Shown: one piece after another, positions 11,970-24,580 of the stretch
Layout of the letters: the number at the start of each line of letters is the position of its first letter
How positions within the stretch are numbered: position 1 is the first letter of the stretch
NCBI GenBank assembly: GCA_051313645.2
Contig: JBNRSN020000026.1
Location: forward strand, 36,270,001 to 36,334,000
Source of the DNA: Centroscyllium fabricii
Taxonomy: Eukaryota
Length of the DNA stretch: 64,000 nt
Direction: 5' to 3'
Notes under the pieces: model-generated
The model's database searches: none
The model's input: the letters and a program-made list of their open reading frames with translations, nothing else
Told to the model about the DNA's origin: nothing
Translations under genes and position numbers: made by a program

Positions 11970-12039
11970 GAATGGTTATCCTGACACAAGCTACTTGAAG
12001 ACTGTTTCGGCTGTTTTGAAGGAATATGGCCTTGAATGA
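11970..12039 (+). CDS. DTX3L-like Deltex E3 ligase, last coding exon (absent from the ORF track)
   Basis: Acceptor ggtttctttacag|G completes the phase-2 codon CA+G, then reads NGYPDTSYLKTVSAVLKEYGLE-TGA, the canonical Deltex GYPD..YL..V...L...G.. terminus. Confidence 0.92.
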
Positions 12040-12340
12040 AGTCAGAAATACCAAAATCAGTGGAAGTAGCCTCATTATTGTACACATTTTTACTACATGT
12101 CTGTTTTCTCTTTTGAAATTCTACATTTTCAGGATAAATGCAAGATGTCAAAGTCAGTCAGTACGCACTTATGCGCAGGAGCAAATTTGGCTTTGTATCA
12201 TGCTTTTGAGATTATTCAGGAATCCCATATGTTGGATTCAAAATGGAGTTTAAACGTCATTCCAAGTAGTTTGTAGATGATTAGACATTCCACAATGACT
12301 AATTCTGTGAATCTTGTAATTAATTTTTTTTTTTTTTTTA

Positions 12341-12346
12341 AATAAA
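12341..12346 (+). terminator. Candidate polyadenylation signal of the Deltex-like gene (second AATAAA at 12419-12424)
   Basis: AATAAA about 300 nt after the stop codon in AT-rich sequence. Confidence 0.5.
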
Positions 12347-12575
12347 TGTCACCTACAAGACATTGTTGCTTGTGAACTAATTATGTAGAAAGGTACAATA
12401 TTTTAACGCTACACTGAGAATAAAAACTTATATTTTCCTTAAATAAGCAGTCACCAGGATTGCCAATGATTGATTGTTTCATACAAAATTTGCTCAGAAT
12501 CATGACTTCAGCAAAATGTGGACAAAGTTCCTTGGAAGAGCTACAGGTTCAGAGATATCCAAATTGGCAGAGGAG

Positions 12576-12800
12576 TCAGACTTGGTTCAGTGGTATAATT
12601 CCTGCCTCGAGTTGGGTGGTCGCAGGTTCAAGATGCATATTAGACTGGTGCACATAATCCAGGCCAACACTACACCGCAGTGCTGAGGGAGTGCTGCACT
12701 GTCCGAGGTGCCATCCGAGATGTTAAACCAAGGCCCCATCTCCCTTTACAATTGGATGTAAAAAGATCCCACGGCACTATTTGAAGACGAGCGGGGGGGG
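12576..12800 (+). mobile_element. DeuSINE (SacSINE1-like) between the two genes' 3' ends
   Basis: tRNA-like head, then the Deu-domain core GCAGTGCTGAGGGAGTGCTGCACTGTCCGAGGTGCC...GATGTTAAACC...GATCCCACGGCACTATTTGAAGA. Confidence 0.65.
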
Positions 12801-13273
12801 ATTGTTACTTCAGGGCATGCAATGCTACAGTCCAAGGCATTTCTCCAAAAGACAAAGTTCACAACCCAAGTGGTCTAAAAGCATGAAAATCTGTGCAGAG
12901 ATGAGGAGATTTGAAAGCAAACTGACCAGAAGGTATTGCCATCAGTTTGGGGTGGAGCTTGAAGCATATTATAGGAACTCAATGTTACGGTGAACTTGCA
13001 GCATTAGCTCAGAAAAGAACAGGTGAAATATATTTTATGTAAAAATTAGCTGCTGAGTAGCCAAGTTACATACCCAAATTTCTAGCTTTAAAAAAAAGGG
13101 TCTGAAAACCAGTGACAAATGCAATTCATGCCTGCAGTTCTTTTATACTCAAAGATCCCAATGTCATCTTCTATCAGAGGGAAATCAAAAGCAAAACACA
13201 GTACCTGTACTGTCAAGAGACTGACACTTCCCACACACTGACCAAAGAGATCACTTGAGGTTTATGTATGCAT

Positions 13274-13279
13274 TTTATT
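13274..13279 (-). terminator. Candidate distal polyadenylation signal of VAT1
   Basis: Minus-strand AATAAA with an upstream TGTA (13321-13324) and a downstream GU-rich tract (13221-13237). Confidence 0.45.
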
Positions 13280-16200
13280 AAACATTTAAGGCATATGGTA
13301 ACACCTGGCATAAACAGCATTACATTTCATTGTAGAATCCATCTAAACAGCAACTGCACAGTTTTAAGTAACTGTCTCACACACACGTACAAAAAGCAGC
13401 TTTCATTACGAGCTTAAAACACGGAATAAACCAAGCGCAGTTAATGTTTGACCTGAAGAACAAAAAAAGATGGTTCTTGCCTTCATGTGAATTTCCAGTT
13501 GCAAGACCCTTGTTTGAGACTAGATGTGCCAAATGCACACAAGCTGCAATTGCACCCGAGCTTGTTTAAAGCAATATTTTGTGTTCCAACATTTGGCATA
13601 AGCTAGTTCCACTGTTCTTCTGGAAGTGCTAGGTTTAATTCTGATCAGTTTAAAAAGAAATCAGTTAGAAAGCTCTTAATATGGACATTCTTTACATTCC
13701 ATTGAGTGTACAGTATACCATATGTTGTTAAGCAATACCATATTTTGTCTTGATTAAACATTCCAGATAGAAGCTACGTCATCCCCACAGAAATGGTTCC
13801 CAATCTTAGAGCAAACCAAATGCCCATCTTCATGTTGTGTTACCAACTAGCCAAGACAAGGAGTGCTGAATTGCAGTTACATCAAGTCATCCTTGGTAAA
13901 ACTGTATAATGAAGCCATCATCAAGAATACAGCCCTACAACGCACCAGCTGAAGCCACAATATCGTTGCTGGATGTCAGATGTACTATTTTAAAAGTGAA
14001 CAGTACAAAACCACATTTTGAATCTATTAGACTTGCTGAAAAACATTGGAGGATCTAGCTTGGGGGGAGGAATGAAGACAACACTGAAAGTACATTAAGG
14101 TTACATGCATAGGTGGCAACTGCAATATTTGGGGACAGAACTGGGTCAGATCCAGCATCATCAGCCAGGTAATGAGTGTTCAATTTTCCTCAACTAAAAA
14201 CGACAAACTGGCATAGATATGCCAACACCATTCCCCGCTGCATTACAGATGTCTCACCTTAAGCAGAAGGCCACAGCTCCACATTGGTTTGGTTTCGCAT
14301 GAAGTCTTTACAGTGAATGAGTTTACTCATGTCCTTTACAGAGGGAACCTTCAGTCCTTACCTGGTCTGACCTATACCACCCGTCCCGTACCATGACTCT
14401 GAACTGACCAGAGTTGCCTCGCAAGCCACTCTGTTGAATCAAAATCAGGGCAAAGGATGGACAAGTGCTCGTCTTGCCAGCCCACAGAGAATTGATTTTT
14501 TTTAAAATCTACTCCGCCAGCCCAAAAATGTAACCCCCATACACATGCACACCGACTCCTACTGCAAGAAGCGCACATTTTCTTTGAACATCAAGAGCAG
14601 ATTCATTTAAGTTCCTTAAGCCCTTACTGCTGCAGGTTACAATTATATTGACACTGCATGGCAGAAGTGGTTTCTAATATACTATGGTAAACCCACAAAA
14701 ACCACATCAATTATTTGATTAGAATTTTAAAATGGGCAAAAGCCTTCCAAGATTTAAACAGCCAACATTTTGTCAATTCTAAAAGTTGGGACTGGGCAGG
14801 TTTTCTAGTGATCCAGACATCTCTCCATACCATTCGTCACCCATGGATGGCCACATGGAGACAGCAGTCCCCTCCCATAACTCTTCCCCACCCACACATC
14901 CTGCTAACAAGTCACAATTGCCACACATCAACCGAACACTCCTTACAGCTCCACCCAGTTGTGAATTAAGCAGAGTCAATCAAGGCCCTCCGGAAATACT
15001 ACACAAAACACCACTATGGAGGAGTGAACCCCAGGGAAGGTGTTGGGTCTGTAGAGCGAGACTGCAGTCTGGGAGAGGGGCTGGCACTGCACGCTCAATT
15101 AACTTTGGCAAAGAATTTGCTCCCTGCCTCCTATTAGCACTGATTTGCATAGTGGTTTTCAGGGTAGGGGTGCATTTACATCAGAGTTTCCGCTTTGTAC
15201 AGACAGTAAAAGTAAACTTTGTGTAAATGCAGATTCATACTCCTTCGGAGCCTCACTTCAGTGTCAGGTTGGGCCACAGCTCCAGATTCAGGCTGCATTC
15301 ACACTACAACTGAGTAGTTTTGCACCAAAGCTACATTTATAACGTAAAAGGTTATCAAATTTCAAATCAAGCTGTTCCAAATCGAGAGTATGGGAAATGT
15401 TATTCCAGACCGTGGGATACCAAGTGCCATATTGGGAACATAAAGTTACAATGTTACCAGTCATCTCAATCTAATTATTCCAATAAAAAAGGGTTTTCAA
15501 TCTGTATCCCAAGTGTGTCTGTGAACAGCACAAGATGGGTGTGCTCTATTGGATCCAGCAAGCGGTTTGGACTTCGGGTTGGTGGTCATAAGTTGAAGGC
15601 CACGATCATGGACAGATATTTGTTCCTCAAATTTTACTTGATCATCCACAAAATAATAAGGATTGGACTAATTAAAGTGGCAGCAGATATTAAGAGCTTT
15701 TGCTGCTGAATGACCTGCTCAAATCTGTTGCCATAGCTACCATACCAGTCTGTATGTTGCAACATATAGCTTGCATAAAGAACTTAAGCACACACACAAA
15801 CGTTAGTTGATGCATTGATATCAAATGCAATGCCCAGCAATATCCTAAATCATTTTATCAAGACAATATGCTTACCTTATGCTTCAATTAGCTTATGGTT
15901 CTCTATTCCAGAATAGACGCGTGCTCGGACACTTCAGATCATTAGCAGACAGCAGCATTACAATTGAATGCTGTTATTTTACAAAGTTGAAGTGCCTTTA
16001 CCGTTGATATTACTGGAATGAATCATCTAAACACCAGAGCAGCCAGAATGTGCATTTGAACACTAATCAAAAAAGGGATTCGCAACTGTAAATCAAAGAT
16101 AGCAGGTTTACATAATAAGCCACATGAAGGCGGACTTGACCCTTTTAAATCCTGACAATGGACAAAGTTTTATTTGGAATATCATACATAATCCCTTCCT

Positions 16201-19200
16201 TTGACATCAAGCTCAACCACAGAGAACTGGATACCTGTTCAATTACATTTTATCCAAACGACACTCAGAAATAAATTGGTCCCCTGGTTTGCTCAAGTCA
16301 TAATTGGCACATTTTTTGTAAGTTAGAAGATAAGACATTGGAGCTGTTGCTCAGGCTCAGTTTTGAATAAGGCAGTGTTGTATGTGAAGTGTCAAACTAC
16401 CTCAGTGGACCGATGAGTGAATGCCAATTTTTCTGCTTTCTCCAATCCTGCCCATAATTCAGGTTAACTTTTTTTGGGGGTGGTGGGGTGGGGAAAAAAA
16501 ATGACCACTATTTGACTGCAGGAGGCATCACTGCCCAATGTTTTACCAGCAGGGGTTGCTGCACTGCGGCAGGAACCTTGGCTGATTAGGCCCGCTAGGC
16601 CCTACGAGTACCAGGAGGCCAATCACCTCCGTGGGCGAGTTAGCCCAGCACAGACCTGGGACTAACTTGGTGCCCTTCTGGCTGTAGGGATCAACTACTC
16701 GCTGGACCCTGAAGGAAGCGATCCAGGCAGAAATTATATCCATTGCAATAGCAGCTACAATCCCTCATTCAACTGGCTCAGTGTAAGGAGATCCAAAAGT
16801 AGGGTGGGTCCCCACCCAGCCTCCTCACAAACCAGTAAATGGGATGGAGGAATTTTCACTGTATTCTTTTACTGACTTCATTCAGATTTTCAATAACCGT
16901 CAGATACCAAACAGTTAGTGAAATAAGCAGTCAGATCACCTGCGAGAGTGCCCAATTGCCTGGTAAAGCCACGAGTGATGTGTTGCTACTAAAATAACCT
17001 ACCTGGGTAGCTCCCAAATTGCCCAGGTAGTCCACAGGGCAACACATTAAGAAAGCAATGCCCCCTCTGGCAAACCACCACATGGGCCAACTCAGACTTG
17101 GTATTTATACACCAGGCAAAATGCTCATCTGTCCACTTGGGTAATATGCAATGATTTCCTCTGATCCAAGTGCTCTTTGGTCCCCAGTTATTTCTGCAAG
17201 GTTGTAGATTTTTTTTTTGGTAAACAAGATAATTCCCCCTTTTACACCACATTTTTAAATAGAAACTTCAGGACATCAGGGATTAAGTTAATTCTACCCC
17301 CCCCCCCCCCACACCCAATTTCCCCAAGAAACAAACTTGTTAAAAACACCTCCTTTCCATTAGCTTAGCACATGAAAGGGGCTAGGATAAGGCCACGTGT
17401 GATAAAGAGTACAGCATTAGAAATTATCCCATCAATGAAGCTTTGCATCCAAAAGGACTTGCCAAATATTAGGGATTGGGCAGTGGACATTTTTGAGGGA
17501 CTCATTTGTTTTGCTGCCACCTCTTGATTCACAAACTAATAATTTCCCTTCTCCCCAACACCAAATAGAAACTAACCTATCCTGCACCAGAGTGTCCACA
17601 GGTCCTTTTACAATTTGGTCCATGGTGCGGCAGGATTAGGACAATTAAAAGATGACATTTATCCAAGGCATTTTTAAAAACAGATGAAAGCCACTCTTTG
17701 AACTGTTGAGCAGGAGCTTGTTTATTACTATGCTGCAGACCACATTGTACAGAAGGTACATCAGGAGGATATGGGGTTCATCCAAGATAGCTCAGACAGA
17801 CCAATCTATTGGGAATTGGGTCAAACAATTCCATGCAGAAAGAGCCTTCTTCCTGTTCCTTAGCACACACTGAAGACCGCTGCAATTTAAGATAATTGTA
17901 AGTGGTTTGGCATTGTAAGGTTCTGATGAGCTCATTAAGATTTTAAACCCAAAAGAAACTCAATATATAAACTACTCATTTTAGAAACGCTCATGTGCGA
18001 ATTGCTCATCCCAATTCTCTAGATTTAGCCACTGAAAATAAACCCATCCAACCACATCGTCTAAACATCCTACAGGCATTAAGCAGGTTGGAGACAAGAA
18101 GTTGGTCCCCAATTGGAGAGCGTCGTGGACCGAGGAAAAGCTACTTTTGGTCTATACATAAAGAGGCAAAACACCAGGAGCAGACCCAAAGCAGTTGGCT
18201 GGAGTCTCAAAGTGGCTCCAAATTACTGAGTTGGGTAGAACTAAACTAAAACTTCATTAGATGGGACATTATTCTGTACAGGGTTCACAGGACAAAGTTT
18301 TAATACTGACTGAAAATGAAATACATTTCACAAGCTATTGAAAAAAAACATTTCATCTTGGAGTCTGGACAACACATTTATCCAGTGTGAGAATGGAATA
18401 AAAACTTGGACTCCTTCACAAGGCACTGGATTTTGTACTCTGGTTTGTCTGGCAATTGAAAGTTTGATAGGTAGAGGTTATTAGTTTATATGGTTACCTC
18501 TGGCATACATGAAACTACTATAAATATGAAACCTTTGCTTAAGAATACTTGGTGCTTTTAGGCACGATAAAATGCCAAATTCAGACTAGGTTTCTAAGTA
18601 AGAGCAGAGTGCATTGTAGTAAACCCTACTGACAGAAATCGGAGGCATATTTAGCCTCCAGCCTCATACGGGAGATGGAGTTTAAAAAGCCCAGATGCGA
18701 TCTAGGCATTAACCCAAAAAGGCAAGGCAAGAATTTGGTTCTAGAGCAGGAACGAATCCTTAGTTTAGAGAATCATTACGTAAGCACACAGGAGGCGATC
18801 GGGCTTGTGCCACTGCTAGATCCACACTGCAGCCATCTACTCTGCCTATTTTTGCACCACAACTATAGGCAGAGTATGCTTTAGCAAGAGGTCCAGCTGC
18901 CAGCCCCGTAGAATCACACTTCAAAGCTCTTTGTAATGTAAACAGAGCAAAAAAGGAGTTTCACGGAGTAACGCGCATTGGTCTTAGTGGCTCAGTAAAA
19001 AAAAAGCACCAATCGCGGTGTCACATTTTATTATGCTTTAAAATGTCAGTCCTGGATGTGTAAAGCACTGACAACACCATCCAGATTTGTATTTAGCTTC
19101 AAGGTTGATTTTTTTTCCCCCCTGTGTAAAAAGCAATGCATATATATGGATTCAGTCGACCATTCCAAGATAGATCCTAAACATCGGAGGCAACAGTCAA

Positions 19201-20332
19201 AGATTTGGTCAGTAGAGTTCACATTCTAAATATGGATCTAGTTTAGTACATTAAGTACGCCCCCACCCCCATTTTCCAGTGCACCTTGTACCCTCACTAA
19301 AGTTAGAGGCGTCTAAAAAAAAACATTAATCCTTTTGAGTTGCTTTAAACAGAGACAAGCCCTGCTGAACAGGAGCAAGGAAACGTGGCAAGTGCAGCAA
19401 TCAGATCTGCATGTACTTGGAGTGCAACTCTGAACACAGCAGCTCCACAGAGCACCACCCATTTGCATCACAGGGACAAAGAAAAACAACGAGGGCAGCA
19501 GTGCACAGGACAAATATCATTTGTACCAATTCCAGGTTAGACCAAACAGCACAGAAATAAATCACCCATCACCTTTGGCAGGGTTGCAGCTAGGAATGTG
19601 CAGCTACTCCAGGAAAATAAATTGGTGCACGAGTTGGTGGCTTTAAGCTCGAGTAGATTGGGACTCATTGGAAGAAGTGGAACATTACTGAGACATAGCA
19701 AAAGGCTCAAACTGCTTCCAATCAGTCACCATCAAACAGGCAGGGTAAAAATCAGACTCTAGGGAAGAAATTACATTTGCGGTTACTGTTTTCCTCTATG
19801 ATGCTTTTAGTACATGAAGAAAACTAATGCCACTTATCTCTTATCTGGGTTTTAAAGCAACGGTTTGCTATTCATTTGTTCCACATCTTGCAGAGCCAAA
19901 TCAACTAGCCTGGATCTGTGCACAGTCCCAGTTACAACCCTGAGAAACAGCTTCATGTGTGATCAATTACAGCCTTGTATTTTCTTTAAGTAAATGGAGT
20001 CCTAAATCCCCCGTGTACAATTAACACCTCCATGGGTTCAAACTGATCAACCATCTCTATTAGCTCTGCACTGTGAATCAGTTAGTACTAACCCTTTAGG
20101 TTTTATACATTGACAGATGGTATCTTCAGGAGCCAGCAGTTTTTTTGGAGAGAGGATGGGGGGGGGGGGGGGGGGGGGGGGGTGTTGGGCAAGGGAATAA
20201 ATGGACAAGAAATAATTGAATCAAATAAAGGCCAAGGAAGAGTGGGAGGGGGACATGCGCTGCACAAATGACACATTCATCAGTTTCTAGAAGTCAGGCA
20301 GCGCCAGTATGGAGCAAGCCCATTGATTAATA

Positions 20333-20850
20333 CAGGAAACACTGATATCCAGCACTGATGGGACCAGCGTGTTGCCAGTTGATCAAGAATTCCAGATAGC
20401 AGAGGGTTATCTACAGAGGCTATTTTTAATGAAATTTTTTTAAATCAAGAAATGTGCAGTATACAGGTACTCACCTACAGAATGTTGTTTTAAGTGGATT
20501 GGGGGGGGGGGGGGGGGAGGAAGATGCTTGATTAAGTACAGTACTGCCAGTTGAGTGTAATGCAATGACTACCAGCAGTGTGGGAGACACAGCACCCCTG
20601 TAAAATGGCAGATCAGAAGAGACTACCGGCAGCGCAGGAGTGTCAGCAAGGTCTTTGACTCCCAACAGCACAAAGAGGCCGATTGTGGCAGTTTGGAAGA
20701 CTATCCCCCACTGATTACTCAGCCACCACAGGAGACGCCGACTCGGACACGGCAACATTGCTGGGTATTGGTGTTGTTTTCGGATGAGAATTTTGCCGGA
20801 TAATAAGAGAATTCCAGATATTTAGGTGTCGGTTAAACAAGAGTTTCCTG
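20333..20850. mobile_element. TcMar/Tigger-like MITE, family B
   Basis: TA|CAGGAAAC...GAGTTTCCTG|TA; shares subterminal GAATTTTGCCGG...TATTTAGGTG with the copies at 56622 and 58472. Confidence 0.7.
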
Positions 20851-21372
20851 TATTGGCTTCAAAGCATTTTATAACTGCCCAACCCCAGCTGGCCACAGCA
20901 AGTGGTCAAACCTGTGCCTCTGGCTGAAGGATGCTATTAGGCAGCATAAATCTGTTCCATCTTGCTGGATCTTTGATCTACATGTAGGGCCAGAAGGACT
21001 ATTCACAGTAGTCGTCTCAAATCATTAGACAAAAAGAGTGCCAAGGCAGAACTACTTCAAGTCAATTTTATGAGATGCTTTTAACAAGGTGTATGATTTT
21101 TTTGGGGGCAGGGGGAAAAAAAAAGGTAAAAAAAAGACAAACTTGTTGCAGGATAGAAGTTGTCTGAAAAGCCCATTTTACCTGTATTAGGATGGTATCT
21201 TGCAAGCAGCAAACCATCTCTAAATACATCTGATTACATGAGTAATCAGTCAGGATTGCTTCCCTGCTTCAAGTTTGTTAGTCATCTGTCCATCTTCAGG
21301 TCATAAAAGGTTAGCACTTTTAGCTAGTTCACAATGTTAATCTCTGCCTTCAATTGGAAACGGTCAAACTCT

Positions 21373-21459
21373 TTAATTTTCAGTCTTCTTTGCTTCAGGG
21401 ACCAGAATGACTTTCCCAATGTTCTTGCGTTCCTGTATTTGCTTAATCGCATCTGCAAT
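21373..21459 (-). CDS. VAT1: VAT1 (synaptic vesicle membrane protein VAT-1, MDR/quinone oxidoreductase family), last coding exon
   Basis: Acceptor tttcctccgccag|ATT; encodes IADAIKQIQERKNIGKVILVPEAKKTEN-TAA; phase 0, compatible with exon 43351-43583. Confidence 0.92.
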   Translation of the reverse strand: MADAIKQIQERKNIGKVILVPEAKKTEN

Positions 21460-22983
21460 CTGGCGGAGGAAAGGAAATTCATACCTTTAAAGAATTGGCA
21501 GCGTCAAACACAAACTGGGAAGACAATGAAAGACCCACTTTGAGATGAACATTCTGTATGGTTTGCTCAATCTTTTACGGGCATTTTAAAGACATTAAAC
21601 CAAACAATTCTTCATTACGGTTAAAAATCCAAACAAAAATCAGTTGAGCAGGCACAGTGTCAATTTAAATATTTAGTAGGAAAGAATCCTCTCCACACAC
21701 GCAGGAACATTTTAAAGCCAAGAAACTAAATCTCATTGAAGTGCTAAAATTTTGGTCCACTAGAAAAGCTGCCAAATGTTTTTTAAAAATTGCTGCATGT
21801 TGCCAAGTGACAATTAGAGTTGATTTGTTGAGCAGATGGTCATGTTGCTTCGCACTTGAATAAAACCCTTCACAGCTGGAGCAATTTTAATCACTGTTGG
21901 TTGGAACACAGGGGGAGGGGGGGAACCAATATAGTCTTGACCACTCCATCCTCCCAGTTCAAGGTAGCTACACAATCGGATCTTTAAAAAAAAATCCTAA
22001 CTTGGGGAAAGGGACAATTTGTTTTTGAAAAGTGCCTGCTGCTGCTCATCAAATCAAAGCCTACAGTTTAATGAAGTAATCAGTGTAGTGATGGCAGTGA
22101 AATACTAGACCGACATTCATCATTCAAATTTTAAAAAAGACACACGCTTAATTAATTGAGGTAAATTTGAGCAAGAATATGGAGCACTTTTTCCTCCCTC
22201 CATTTGCCGAGGTCTGGTGAATTAAAGCAAAACAAAGTTCCCAACATCCCAATGGATTACTTGTGCAATTGCACATCAGCTGCAGTTGTATTACAGCCAG
22301 CGTGAAGCTGGAGCAACACAGGACTACATCCAACCCAAAAGATTACACACAACTCATCAATACAAACTGTATAGTAATCACTCTGGGTATACATAATTTG
22401 GATTGCAAGATCACTAGTTATACTGCAGGCTGTCAATATAAAAATGACATCCAAATATTAACAAAACATAAAGCAGACTGGACCCAACAAGTGCACATTT
22501 CAGTTGCCAATTTGTCCAAAACTCCCCATCTGACAGAAGTCTCCCCCAGCAGATTATGTTTTAACCTGTAGTTGTGGAGTCACCACATGATGGCGCCCCA
22601 TACAAAACCAAATTCTGCAGAAGCCAAGTTCAGCCTTTAGTGACCAAAACCACCGTCCCCAACCACCAAAAAAAGGTGGAATTCAGGAATGGAGTGGTGG
22701 TCTTTGACTTTGTGCTGATTTACAATTGGATTTCAATCAAAACACACCATTTCACCCATTACTGTTAATTCTGTAGGGGTCAAATATTTAATACAGTAGG
22801 AATTTAGGATCTACCAGCCAGAGATGGGTAGCTACAGAATACAGAGGGCAAGACTAAATTTAAGAATAGCTGTCTGAATTCATATACATGGATAGCCAGA
22901 GAAGAATGTGCTTGAGTGCTTCCAAGCACAGACAGCTCCACTCCCTGGCTGCTCAATTTGAAATCTTGGCAGTAGAGGAAAGG

Positions 22984-23245
22984 TGTGGTAACCCTTATAT
23001 GGGTAACCCTTATATGGGTTACCATTGTTGTATACCTGTGTGCAAAGATGCTGCTGGGAGCCAGGTCAGCCACACCCCTGACTCCTCCCCCCAGGTGGGA
23101 GCACTATAAAGGTGTGGTCTGACCCAGCCCCTTTCATTCCTGTATGTGATCTGCCGAGGAGATTAGCTCCATTCTTTATTAATTAAAAGCCTTGTATTAA
23201 CGGTAACTACGAGTCGTCTTTAATTAAGTTAGCGACCACGCTACA
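22984..23245 (+). mobile_element. Solo LTR flanked by a ~90-bp direct duplication
   Basis: Termini TGTGG...CTACA; TATAAA at 23105 and ATTAAA at ~23182; the flanks 22894-22983 and 23247-23332 are near-identical. Confidence 0.7.
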
Positions 23246-23663
23246 AAGCCAGAGAAGAAAGTGCTTGAGTGCTTCCAAGCACAGCTCCACTCCCTGGCTG
23301 CTCAATTTGAAATCTTGGCAGTAGAGGAAAGGATGATTGGCTCCCTCAAAAAGTCCTGTTTCGGTTTACAAAATGCAACAGAATCCTGAAAAACGTAGCT
23401 TTGCACTGACACATGGCATCAAACCCAAGCACCGAGCTGCAAAAGTAAGCCTCAAACAGATTAGGAGGGTATAGTTGTGCTCCATATCCAATACCACCAG
23501 AAGTACAGTACAATGGAATAAACTGGTTCACTCACCATTAAAATGATATAGATAGATAGACAAACTTTAATTAGGGAGGAGGTAAACTAGAATTTAAAAA
23601 TGTCTAAAATTGAGGCGTTTTGACAAGATATAGGGAAGAACTATTTCTACTGGTAAAGGAGTA

Positions 23664-24066
23664 CAGGTTGAGCACCGTTAGTCCGGCAACTTCAATCGTC
23701 CGGCACGAATCCGGTCAACTGGTGCGCGCATGTGCAAAATGGCCGCCATGCGTGGCTGTGCATGCCCGGGCCTCAGACTGCCCTGCGCATGTGCAAAATG
23801 GCCACCATGCATGGCTGTGCATGCCTGGGCCTCCCCCGACTGGTCGGCACATGTGCAATATGGCTGCCGCGCTTGTCTGCGCATGCCTGGGCCTCTCCCG
23901 AACGATTGATGCTTCGGCTAGCGCACGCGCAGACCATTTAAAATTTTGCAGTGGCCATTTTGAATGGTCTGCACATGTGCTAGCCGAAGCATCAATCGTT
24001 CGGATTTTTCAAAAACCCGGCACTGGTCCTGGTCCCAAATGTGCTGGATTAACGGTGTCGGACCTG
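23664..24066. mobile_element. TcMar MITE, family A
   Basis: TA|CAGGTTGAGCACCGTTA...GGATTAACGGTGTCGGACCTG|TA; internal GCGCATG(C/T)GC and AAAATGGCC repeats. Confidence 0.85.
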
Positions 24067-24580
24067 TAAGACCATCACCAAAAAAAAAAGCAGAATATTA
24101 CTTTATTACAATAAGGTTAGGACAAGGAATATACGACAGGTACTAGAAACAGAATCAATAAGAGCTCGGTTTTAAAAAATAAAATGGAAAAAATTTGAGA
24201 AAGTGTTAGGACAGGAAGGGGTATGTGACAGAGACCAAGTGGATAACTTGAAAATACAGCAAATGGTGCATTGAGCCAAATGGCTTCCTCCTTTGTCATC
24301 AAAACTTTATTGCAAGTGTGCATGTGGGTTGTGTTTTTTTCCCCCCCAAAGATGTGGGGGCATAATTTAGTGGCACTATTTATTTTTAGTAGGAGTAGCA
24401 GTGACATTTTAGTAAAGCAGAATTCAGATTTTTAGGCAACGAAATCTCAAATCACCAAACGCCATGATCTTGCCAGGTTAGTCGGAGGTGCAGCACTTCT
24501 CGGCCAGCCCTAAATGAAGCCCTACAAACCAGAACTTAGGAAACCTAGAAAATGAGAAGCAAGCCCAGGTCTGAAGTGAT

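Noticed and set aside
1309-12039. Assigning the symbol DTX3L
   Set aside because: The RING-DTC architecture is similar, but the length, DTC substitutions and VAT1 neighbourhood suggest a distinct paralog; orthology needs a tree.
14372-19513. Short 60-146 aa ORFs between the two genes
   Set aside because: No recognisable domain, splice-compatible structure or coding bias; consistent with chance ORFs in UTR or intergenic DNA.
20158-20183. Long G/C homopolymers (also ~26348, ~29509, ~34373) as functional G-quadruplexes
   Set aside because: They are frequent throughout the window, often inside TEs, and their lengths are unreliable in assemblies.
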